A stretch of 64,000 bases of DNA, from contig OZ024744.1 in the NCBI GenBank assembly GCA_964016885.1, positions 92,380,001 through 92,444,000 on the forward strand. The letters run 5' to 3'. Below the pieces are notes generated by a model that saw only the letters and a list, made by a program, of their open reading frames with translations, was not told the DNA's origin and made no database searches. Both the position numbers and the translations under genes were made by a program. The DNA comes from Eledone cirrhosa (Eukaryota). This document shows positions 52,758-64,000 of this stretch, piece by piece (position 1 is the first letter of the stretch; every line of letters begins with the position of its first letter).

Positions 52758-52832
52758 CTGACAGGGAAATGTGGTTGGATATAAACGTGTGTTTTCTGGC
52801 ACAAGTGAGCAAATAGATATATAGATAGATAT

Positions 52833-53299
52833 ATGAGAGTGGACTGAAACATTCATAGGCGTGATGCCAAAGCTGTGAAATCTTGCATGTATTAATTTCA
52901 ACTCTTCTTATTTATAACTGCATTGTTTCTTTCTAGGGACTATGTTGAAAAATAAACTTCATTTGGTCATTCCATGAGAGTATCTTGGTTAGCCTATGAA
53001 GGAGTGATGCTAAAGCTGTGAAATCTTGGATATATTAATTTCAACTCTTCTTATTAATAACTGCATGGCTTCTTTCTAGGGACTATGTTGAAAAATAAAC
53101 TTCATTTGATCATTCCATGAGAGTATCTTGGTCAGCCTATGAAAGAGTGATGTTAGAACTATGAAGTCTTGCATGCATTAATTTCAACTTTTCTTATTGT
53201 TTTTTTTCCAGGGACTATGTTGAAAAGTAAACCTCACCTCATTTGGTCATTCCATGAGAGTATCTTGTTCAGCCTATGAACTTTTCAGTTGACCCTTAT
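52833..53299. mobile_element. mariner-type MITE with internal ~143-bp triplication
   Basis: TIR-like ends GAGAGTGGACTGAAACATTCATAGGC / CAGCCTATGAACTTTTCAGTTGACCCTTA. Confidence 0.65.
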
Positions 53300-53329
53300 A
53301 TAGATGGATATAAAGACACATACTGACAG

Positions 53330-54535
53330 GCAGTGGGATTGTGAGGATATATGCATGAATGGTCAGCTGTATGATAGCTGTGTGTGATGTGCTATGCTAC
53401 ATAGTAGTGAGACATGAGCAGTGAATGCAGAAGATATGCAAAGACTAGAGAGAAATGAAGCAAGTATGTTCTGTTGGATGTGCAATGTTAATGTGTGTGA
53501 CAATGAAGCATGGATTAGCTGAGAGAGAAGCTGGATATAAGAGGAATCAGATGTAGTGTGTAAGAAAGAAGACTGCTCTGGTATGGACAGGTGATGCTAA
53601 AGAAATGTAGTTGGGTATAAGAGGAATCGGATGTAGTGTGTAAGAGAGAAGATTGATCTGGTAGTGACAGGTAATACTAGTGGAAAGAAGTTGGCCATAA
53701 GAAGAATCAGATGTAGTGTGTAAAAGAGACGACTACTCTGGTATAGATAGATGATGCTAGTGGTAAGACTCTGGGTATAAGAGGAATCAGATGTAGTGTG
53801 TAAGAAAGAAGACTACTCTGGTATGGATAGATGATGCTAGTGGTAAGACTCTGGGTATAAGAGGAATCAGATGTAGTGTGTAAGAAAGAAGACTACTCTG
53901 GTATGGATAGATGATGCTAGTGGTAAGACTTTGGGTATAAGAGGAATCAGATGTAGTGTGTAAGAAAGAAGACTACTCTGGTATGGATAGATGATGCTAG
54001 TGGTAAGACTTTGGGTATAAGAGGAATCAGATGTAGTGTGTAAGAGAGAAGACTACTCTGATATGGACAAATGATGCTAGTGGTAAGACTCTGGGTATAA
54101 GAGGAATCAGATGTAGTGTGTAAGAGAGACAAGACAGATCTGGTATGGACAGGTGATGATAGTGGTAAGACTCTGGGTATAAGAGAAATTAGATGTAGTG
54201 TGTAAGAGAGAAGACTGGTACTGGTATGGACAGGTTAGAGGAATCAGATGTAATGTGTAAGAGAGAAGACTACTCTGGTATGGATATGTGATGCTAAAGA
54301 AATGGAAACTGAGCAAAAGAGGAATCAGTTGTAGTGTGTAAGAGAGACAAGACTGCACTGGTATGGATATGTGATGATAGTGGAAGGAAACTATAATAGA
54401 TAAAGGTGAAGGAAGACCTGGGTGGACCTCAATTGGCTGAAGCTCACGAAGATGACAAATGATCACAATGGGTGAAGAGATGTTGTCCTGGAAAAGACTC
54501 ATCCAACCCACAAAAACTCGGAAAACCAGGTGCAA
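53330..54535 (+). mobile_element. RTE 3' fragment containing an 80-bp tandem amplification (about 11 units)
   Basis: Unit CTGGGTATAAGAGGAATCAGATGTAGTGTGTAAGAAAGAAGACTACTCTGGTATGG... corresponds to RTE LGIRGIRC...RRLxWYG. Confidence 0.85.
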
Positions 54536-54537
54536 AA

Positions 54538-54622
54538 TGATAATGATGATAATGATGATAATGATGATGTTGATGATGATGATGATGACGACGGTGATGG
54601 TGATGATGATGATGATGGTGGA

Positions 54623-54685
<63 letters not shown>

Positions 54686-54756
54686 GGTGGTGGTGGTGGT
54701 GGTGGTGGTGGTGATGATTTTGGCAATGATGATGATGATGGTGATGATGATGATGG

Positions 54757-54850
<94 letters not shown>

Positions 54851-54872
54851 TGTGGTGGTGATGATTTTGGCG

Positions 54873-54904
<32 letters not shown>

Positions 54905-55075
54905 GGTGATGATGATGGTGGTGATGATGATGATGGTGATGATGATGATGGTGGTGATGATGATGGTGGTGATGATGATGATGATGGTGGTGGTGATGAT
55001 GATGATGATGATGATGATGGTGGTGGTGATGAGTATGATGACAACAACGTTGATGATGATGATGATGATGATGAT
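54538..55075. repeat. (GAT)n/(GGT)n mosaic continuing the RTE tail
   Basis: Directly visible. Confidence 0.95.
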
Positions 55076-55211
55076 ATACAAGGATGCCCAGATAGATGGA
55101 CAGACTAATAAATGGACAAATATATATATATATGTATATAGAATGGTTGACAAGTAGACAAGTTAACTGACATCCTCTTGGAGAGTTATAAATAAATTAC
55201 TGGGCAGAATG

Positions 55212-55558
55212 GAGGCACATGGCTTAGTGGTTAGAGCATTGAGCTTGCAATCGAAAGGTTGTGAGTTCAATTCTCAGACCGGGTGATGTGTTGTTTCCTT
55301 GAGCAAGACACTTTATTTCACATTGCTCCAGTTTACTCAGCTGTAGAAATGAGATGATAGGGACTGGGGTCCATATCATTCCACTGCAAAGTGGTCGTGG
55401 AGGTGCTATGGCAAAAAAGCACCCAGCACTCACTGTAAATGAGGTTGGTGTTAGGAAGGGCATCCAGCTGTAGAAATCAAGCCAGAATCAGTTCCCGTCT
55501 CTCCCTTGCAAGCAGGAAAAAAGCGGACGTAAAATGAAATGATGATGATGATGATGAT

Positions 55559-55560
<2 letters not shown>
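55212..55560 (+). mobile_element. SINE family B, full length
   Basis: Same head, body and tail as 29504-29850. Confidence 0.88.
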
Positions 55561-55603
<43 letters not shown>

Positions 55604-55757
55604 CCTTTGCAAGCAGGGTAAATGGATGTTAAATGATGATGATGATGATGATGACAATGATGTTGATGAATATATATGTGTGTGATGTGTGAGTGTGTGT
55701 GAGTGTGTGTGTGTGTGTGTGTGACTGTGTGTTTATGTGTATGTGAGTGTGTGTGTT

Positions 55758-55792
<35 letters not shown>

Positions 55793-56256
55793 ACAGGGGT
55801 CTATATATTTATATGTGTTCAAAAGAGACTCAAGTATGTTGCTATAGACTTTATGCATAAAGAAGTGCAGAACAGCCGAAGTTGACAGATCCTGCAGTAG
55901 AAGGAGAAGGGAAAGAGGCCTACAATAAAAAAGAAACGATGTGGTGAAGGGTGACCTTATAAAATTGGCCCTCACAACAGATGACAAAGGACTGGGTTGA
56001 TTGACAGTTTGTCAATGCTACAAAAAGACTCCGCCCACTTCTGAGAACAGGATGAAGGAGAGGGAGGACTGTAGTGCGAAGGGTGGAGTGATATATTGAT
56101 TGACATTTTGGTCCCACACCCACCTTACCAGTATGTCCCATTACCTCCCTCATGCATGCCCCGCCCCACAACCAGGTATCACCAGGTATCACCAGGTATC
56201 ACCCTCTGCTCCGCTGTCTTTAAAGTCAGTTCCACAGCCCAACACATTCTCACATA

Positions 56257-56290
<34 letters not shown>

Positions 56291-56452
56291 CTCTCTCCCC
56301 CCTTCTCTCCCTGTGTGATGTCTTTCTCAACAAGTAACATGTAGCTACTCTCTCATGCCCTATATCACCACCACCAGGTATCATCCTCCCCCACTCCCCC
56401 CGCTGTCTTCAAGACCAGCTCCACAACCTCACATGTGCTCACATGTGCTCAC

Positions 56453-56507
<55 letters not shown>

Positions 56508-56682
56508 GTATGATGTCTCTCTCAACTAGCAACATGTAGCTACCACAGCTCCCAAGTACCACATCCCCGCCATGGTCTTGTCTCACCCATCACACTCCCA
56601 TCACTGTCTGTCTGTCTGCCTGTCTGTCTGTCTCTCTCTCTCTCTGCTTGACTGAGGACACAACAATCACCCTAAGATTGAT

Positions 56683-57100
56683 GCCATGGTAAAATACATC
56701 CAGTACACTCTGTAAAGTGGTAGTTCTGGTGCCATGGTAAAATGCACCCGGTACACTCTGTAAAGTGGTAGTTCTGGTGTCATGGTAAAATACACCCGGT
56801 ACACTCTGTAAAGTGGTAGTTCTGGTGCCATGGTAAAATACACCCAGTACACTCTGTAAAGTGGTAGTCCTGGTGCCATGGTAAAATACACCCGGTACAC
56901 TCTGTAAAGTGGTAGTTCTGGTGTCATGGTAAAATACACCCGGTACACTCTGTAAAGTGGTAGTTCTGCGCCATGGTAAAATACACCCGGTACACTCTGT
57001 AAAGTGGTAGTCCTGGCGCCATGGTAAAATACACCCAGTACACTCTGTAAAGTGGTAGTTCTGGTGCCATGGTAAAATGCACCCTGTACACTCTGTAAAT
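56683..57100. repeat. 48-bp minisatellite, about 8.5 copies
   Basis: GCCATGGTAAAATACACCCGGTACACTCTGTAAAGTGGTAGTTCTGGT. Confidence 0.9.
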
Positions 57101-57229
57101 TGGCAACAAGTACAAAGCTCAATGATCATCAGTGATCAACATGGACTGGTCAAAACCGTGTACATCCATTTCGACAGCTAATGACCACCAATTGTGCACT
57201 TGTAACCAATATAACCAATATATATATAC

Positions 57230-59158
57230 ACACTTCAATAACAGATAACTCAAATCCGTTTTTTTTTACTTTTCAGATTTTACCCATCGGAACTGATATT
57301 GGCTTCAAGACATATCTACGAATAAAAGAAATTGATCCTAAAATGCTACTGGACGTATGAAAACCACAGTTGAAGTCTAAAGACAGTATAGAAGAGAGTT
57401 TCAGTGAGAATCACCTATACGGGTAACCATCTCTCAAATCATTAATAAGTTTGAATTTGATGGAACTGTGCATAATCGTTTCTGCTTTTGGCACAAGGCC
57501 ACCAATTGTCCCAGTACATTACTGGTACTTTATTTTATCGACCCAGTAAGGACAAAAGGCAAAGTTAACTTTGGCGTGATTTGAATTCAGAACATAAAAG
57601 GCTGTAACTCTATGCTGCAAAGCATGGTGTCTAAAGCTCTACTGATACTGCCAATCCACTGCCTTGGAACTGTACGTAATATACACACAAACCGTTCTGG
57701 AAGACCACGGACATCAACAAGCCCCAGAAAACAAGAAAGGGTACTGGAAAGTTTTCACAGACGTCCAAGAAAATCTTCGCAGCAAGCAAGCCATGACGTA
57801 GGGATTCCATAAATATATATCCATTGCATTTTAAAGCGCTGCAATTGGAAATGTTATATCCCTACATTAGTCCATGCTATCAATGAAGATGATCTAGACA
57901 GAAGAATAATGGTACTTGGCAAAATACTTAGAAGATACACGATTTCCGACAAAAGTTGTGTGGAATGATGAGGCTACATTTAAATTAAATGGTTCAACTC
58001 ACTGTCACAACTACACAATGGGGGCCTGAAAATCCACATGTAACAGTGGAACATGAAGTTAATTTACCAGGAATTACATCAAGAGGATTAATTGGACCAT
58101 TCTCTATTTGATGCTACAGTGACTGGTCTTATTTACTTGAACATGCTACAACAGTCTGTCATGCCAAGCATTAGAGATTTCTTTGAAGATGAGGAATTTT
58201 ATTTTCAGCCAGATTGAGTGCCATCATACTACCATCGTGATCTATAATCCTATGTTAATGAGATCTTGCGAAAAGGTGGATTGGAAGAAGAGGTTTTATA
58301 GAATACCCTCCTCATTCACCAGACCTCACCCCTTTAGACTTCTTCTTATGGGGATACTTAAAAGATAAAGTGCATGCTGCAAAACCAGCAACAATCACTG
58401 AACTGAGAGTTGAATTGAACAAGAAGGCGCTCTAATACCTAATGAAATAAAATATTAATAATTTTGAAAACAATACAATGCATTAGAAAATTAAAAGTGC
58501 CAAGGTAACAATAGAATCTTACCTTAGCATTTAGGTTAAATGTAACTTAAATCTGCCTTCCTAACAACTCATCTCTGATAGATCCTTTAAGACCTTCACA
58601 GGGATACTCCATTAATAATGGGTTTTTAAACCCGAAAATATTTGAGATTATTAAATTTGCTAAGGTAACATTCTATTGTTATCCTGGCATTTTTAATTTT
58701 CTAATGCATTTCAAAATTATTTAAATTATATTTCCTATTCAACAATGCTTCAAGCAAACTACAACACTCTGTTAACTAATGAAATGTCTCTTGCTGCCTT
58801 CCCCGCTGTCAACTCTGTCTCGACCAGAAAGGATATCAATTTGAAAACAGGCAATAACAAAATCTTAAAAAAATATATTAAAATAGATTCTGTTTTATAT
58901 GCTGTGGCAGTATCAGTAGAGGGTCGGACGCCATGCTTTCCAGCATAGTTACGTCCCTTTACGATCTGAGTTCAAATCCCGCCGAGGTTAACTTTGCCTT
59001 TCATCCTTACGGAGTCAATAAAATAAAGTACCAGTAACGCACTGGGGTAATTGCTGGCCTTGTGCCGAAAGTAGAAACAATTATTTAAATTATATAAAAA
59101 AATTTGTAAACAATTGAATTATGTCTGTAGATCATTTTGTTTTGGGGGGTAGCCTGTA
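57230..59158 (+). mobile_element. Tc1/mariner-superfamily (maT/DD37D-like) transposon fossil with nested insertions
   Basis: [58 protein letters not shown]-like remnants. Interrupted by SINE A (57480-57665 on -, 58905-59083 on +) and a fold-back at 58478-58710. Confidence 0.8.
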
Positions 59159-59194
59159 CAATCTAATAGATAATGCCTGTACAAGTAATCAAAG

Positions 59195-59225
<31 letters not shown>

Positions 59226-59710
59226 ACCGTTTTACATCCATTCTTCCACGCTAGCATGGGTTAGGCAGGTTGTCCTGTTGTGGGCAATGCTAGGTCAGGT
59301 GACCTTGTCTTGCTCATACAGGAACTGATTCTGGCTTGATTTCTATAGCTGGATGCCCTCCTAACACCAACCTCATTTACAGTGAGTACTGGATGCTTTT
59401 TTTTTATTGTGGCGCCTACATGACCACTTTGCTGTGTGAACTGGGTGCTTTATTGTTGTAAACATTTTGGGGACATCCTGTATATATATATACCATCATC
59501 ATCATCATTTAGCATCCATTCCATGCTTGCATGGGTTAGATGAGTTGTCTACGTTGGGAGAAAATTCTGGCCAGAATTGGCCATGCTATACCTTGCTACG
59601 AGGACTGTAAATTTGGCCAGAGATTTTACAGCTGGATGCCTTTCCTAACACCAACCACATTTACAGTATATATATATAGAGAGAAATAGAGATAGAGAGA
59701 GAGGGGGGAT

Positions 59711-59744
<34 letters not shown>

Positions 59745-59833
59745 TGAAAGAGAGGTGTATGTATCTATGGCAGGGGACATATTTTGACATCAAGAGTCAT
59801 TGGGTTCTTGTTCCTTTTTAATTTTGGGTCAGA

Positions 59834-59895
<62 letters not shown>

Positions 59896-60319
59896 GTATG
59901 TATGTGTGTAAGTGAGTGTGTGTGTGTATATATAGATATATAGATATATATATGTGTGTATTTACACACATATATATATATAGATATATATAGATAGGTA
60001 GATACATACATACATATATACACACACATGTGTATATATGAGTATGTATAAATGTGTATGGAGAGGAAAAGGTATAAAAACCTAGCCATTTTTCTTATTT
60101 TTTCCCACACCATTGTTTTATTTATATTATTTTTTTTCTATTGTTCCTTTTCCTGGTCCCGCCGCTTGCTTCCTCTGCGCCTTTTTTTCCGGTGTGGGTG
60201 TGTGTGGATGTGGGTGCGTGTCGGCGGGGGTGGGTAAGGGTGGGGGGACGTCCTTTATAGCTTTATAGCATCTGTCTTTCTTTATTTTTCTTTATTTTTC
60301 TCTCATTCCTCTAAATGCA

Positions 60320-60419
60320 ACATTATCATCATCACCACCACAACTACCACCAACACCACCGCCGCCGCCGCAACCACCACCACCATCATCATTACCATTA
60401 CTGCCATCATCAGCAGCAG

Positions 60420-60460
<41 letters not shown>

Positions 60461-60895
60461 CCATCATTACCATCACTACCACAACTGACACCTGCTCCAC
60501 CAGCACCATTACCATTAGTATCATCATCATCATCACCACCATCATCAACATCACCACCACCATCATTACCATCATGACCATCATCATCACCACCATCACT
60601 ATTAACACCACCTATAACCACCACCACCACCACCACCACCACCGCCATCATCATTACCACCACCACCACCACCACCACCACCACCATCATCACCACCACC
60701 ACCATCATCATTACCACCACCACCACCACCGCCATCATCATTGCCACCACCACCACCACCACCACCACCATCACCACCACCATCATCACCATCATCATTA
60801 CCACCAGCACCACCACCGCCATCATCATTACCACCACCACCACCACCACCACCACCACCATCATCACCACCACCACCATCACCACCATTATCATT
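60320..60895. repeat. (CAC)n/(CAT)n mosaic
   Basis: Directly visible. Confidence 0.95.
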
Positions 60896-61069
60896 TCCTT
60901 CCTACATCTTTGATTTGAATTTTCCTTTTGCTGTGTTCTTTTTATTTGCTTTCTAGCTTTTTTATATACATATATGTGTGTGTATGTACGTGTTTGTGTA
61001 TACACACACACACCCACACATGCACACACATATATGTATGTATATATATATATATACATACATACATAT

Positions 61070-61460
61070 GGAGGCACATGGCTTAGTGGTTAGAGCATTG
61101 GCCTTGCAATCGAAATGTTGTGAGTTCAATTCTCAGACCGAGTGATGTGTTGTTTCCTTGAGCAAGACACTTTATTTCACATTGCTCCAGTTTACTCAGC
61201 TGTAGAAATGAGATGATAGGACTGGGGTCCATATCATTCCACTGCAAAGTGGTCGAGGAGGTGCCACGACAAAAAAGCACCCAACACTCACTGTAAATGA
61301 GGTTGGTGTTAGGAAGGGCATCCAGCTGTAGAAATCAAGCCAGAATCAGTTCCCATATGAGCAAGTGTCCGCCGACCGGACACTGCCCACAACAGGACAA
61401 CCCAAGTAAACCCATGCTAGCGTGGAAGAATGGACGTAAAATGGTGATGATGATGATGAT
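61070..61460 (+). mobile_element. SINE family B with an alternative 3' tail
   Basis: Head and body as at 55212. After AGAATCAGTTCCC it diverges and ends CCCATGCTAGCGTGGAAGAATGGACGTAAAA followed by (TGA)n. Confidence 0.85.
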
Positions 61461-61960
61461 ATAAATGGATGTATATATATATATACATACACATATATAT
61501 ATGTATATATATATGTATATATATATATATATATACATATATATATACATATTATATATATGTGTATGTATATATACACATCATCATCATCATCATCTTC
61601 TTTTAACGTCCACTTTCCATGCTAGCATGGGTTAGACGGGAGTTGTCCCACTTGAGGCAAGGTTTGGTCGGATACATATATATATATATATATACATAGA
61701 TGTATATACATATATGTATGTGTATATATATATACATGTGTGTGTGTATATATATATATGTATATATAATTCAAATTAATAGATACATGTAGATATATAT
61801 ATATATAAAGAGAGAGAAAAGACCATATATCCTATGAGAACACAGTATTTTATATATATTCAAAGCAAATATATATCAAAGAAAGATATGTACTTAGATG
61901 GCAAATATTATAATTCCTTATAGCCCTATTTCATTATATATATACATATATATACGATAT

Positions 61961-62049
<89 letters not shown>

Positions 62050-62108
62050 GCATATATATATATTAATTTGAATTATTGTTGAATTATATATACATATATA
62101 TACGATAT

Positions 62109-62189
<81 letters not shown>

Positions 62190-62714
62190 GCATATATATA
62201 TATTAATTTGAATTATTGTTGCTCTGGACAAAAATCCATAGAGCTTTTCTATTGAGAACCACATATATCAAACATAATTGATATGTTTTGATGCCCAAAA
62301 TTTGTATATATATATTTATATATACAACATCTATCTTTTATGCTAGCATGAGTTAGACGGGTTTGTCCCATTTAGAGGCAAGTTCGGTCGAGTGATTGTG
62401 TCTCGCTCATATAAGACTGTTCCTGGCTGGTTTTCTATGGGTGGATGCCCTTCCTAGTGCCAGAATGATCTTCCAAATATATATATATATATAATATAAT
62501 AAATAAGGGAGACAATTTTATGTTTTATTTCTACATCTTCATTTTATTACATAATTCTATTATACTTATTTCAAAAATCTCAGAGTCGTTATATAATATC
62601 CCCCTGGCATGCTTTCATCAGATAGTGCAAGATGTATTTTCCTATCTATTGATTTGTTACTGGTCTCTCGTGGCATTTACATCGCTGACCAGCTGAATAA
62701 TATATATATATGTA

Positions 62715-63692
62715 CAAACCAAGCCATACAAAATGGGGTCATTCCGAAGGAATGGCGTAGCAGTATTATCATTAACTGCTACAAAGGTAAAGTAGATGCC
62801 CTAGATAGGGGTAACTATAGAGGCATTAAATTAATCGACCAGGTCATGAAGGTCACAGAAAAAGTAATAACGCAACTAATCAGAGAGCGAATTGATCTAG
62901 ATGAAATGCAGTGGGTTTGTGTCAGGTAAAAGTACCACAGACGCTCTTTTCATTGTACGACAACTACAGGAGAAGTACCTAGCTAAAAGTAAACCCCTAT
63001 ATTTAGCTTTGGTTGACTTGGAGAAAGCCTTTGACAGAGTCCCCCCCTCCATTATCTGGTGGGCTCTTAGAAAACTAGGTGTTGATGAATGGTTTGTGAG
63101 AGCTATACAAGCCATGTATAAAGAAACAGTCAGCAAGGTTAGAATTAACAACGAATATAGTGAAGAGTTTAGCGTAAAATTTGGTGTTCATCAGGGCTCC
63201 GTTCTTAGCCCCCTACTATTTATAATTGCCCTTCAGGCTATAACAGAGGAGTTCAAGACCGGCTGCCCATGGGAACTCCTATATGCAGATGATCTAACGC
63301 TCATAGCTGAATCAATGGCTGAACTAGAGAAGAAATTTCAAAAATGGAAGCATGGCCTAGAATCAAAAGGCCTTAAAATTAACCTGTCTAAGACTAATGT
63401 TCTTGTTTGTAGGAAGGAAAATAGGGCACCGGTCCCATCTGCGAAATGGCCATGCTCAGTGTGTAGGAAAGGAGTAGGCAGAAACTCCATTTTATGTTCA
63501 AAATGCAAAGTATGGGTGCATAAAAGATGTAGTGGGATCACAGGTAAGCTAACTAAGAATATAGATTTTATATGTGGCTGGTGCTCAGGTGCAATAAGTA
63601 GCAGCAAGTGCCCACAGAATACTAGCTCATTCCATTGCACAGATGGTTCTATAGAAATAGTGGACACCTTCCGTTACCTGGGTGACAAAATC
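62715..63692 (+). mobile_element. RTE LINE internal fragment (RT plus PHD)
   Basis: ORF 62901-63761: VDLEKAFD, GVHQGS, LYADD, CSVC..CSKC..H..C..CGWC, FRYLG. Confidence 0.92.
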
Positions 63693-63699
63693 ATATATA

Positions 63700-63860
63700 C
63701 AATGGACTTCCACACAGTTTGTGTCTACCAAATTTCACTGATGCAGTATTGGTTAACCTAAAGCTATAGTAGATGATATGTGCACAAGGAATTGTGCAAT
63801 GGGACTGAACCCTATCCTATGAAGTTGCAAAGTGAACTCTTTAACCACAGAACCATGCCA
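63700..63860 (-). mobile_element. degenerate SINE of a third family
   Basis: GGACTGAACCC (reverse B-box-like) and TTAACCACA..CCATGCC (reverse A-box-like). Confidence 0.5.
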
Positions 63861-64000
63861 TATATATACATATAAACATATAGACACAATAAAATTCTGC
63901 GAGACTACAACTCCATAAATGATTCAATAACATTATACCGTCGGGTCCCAAATAATAGGGGTTGGGGTGGAAGAAGCGGGGTGTGGTATGTTAGTGGAAT

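Noticed and set aside
55840-56070. Possible minus-strand exons (acceptor-like CAG sites)
   Set aside because: The plus strand reads as a degenerate RTE C-terminus (AVEG...VVKGDLIKLAL...QKT), so it is a TE remnant.

Overview
Eukaryotic, AT-rich, repeat-dominated DNA. The SINE families, RTE/Tx1/Dong/Penelope content and huge (TA)n/(GAT)n tracts suggest an octopod cephalopod, but this is an inference I cannot verify. No complete host gene is visible, only two putative last exons of a minus-strand gene at about 52.3-52.8 kb. The window holds at least four Tx1-type (L1-clade) LINE pieces, three tandem R4/Dong RLE-type fragments, five large RTE copies (four with a PHD finger inside the RT), a Penelope GIY-YIG remnant plus many short fold-back termini with minimal hammerhead motifs, mariner/maT fossils, a hAT MITE, two main tRNA-derived SINE families, and many retroelement-derived minisatellites. 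The most interesting pattern is apparent partitioning of microsatellite niches. Tx1, a SINE sharing its 3' tail, and Dong sit in (ATT/TAA)n. Hammerhead-bearing fold-back elements sit in (TA)n. RTEs and a tail-swapping SINE end in (GAT)n. Most short ORFs in the track are microsatellite or antisense artefacts. Boundaries are read by eye and are approximate unless TSDs or TIRs are quoted.
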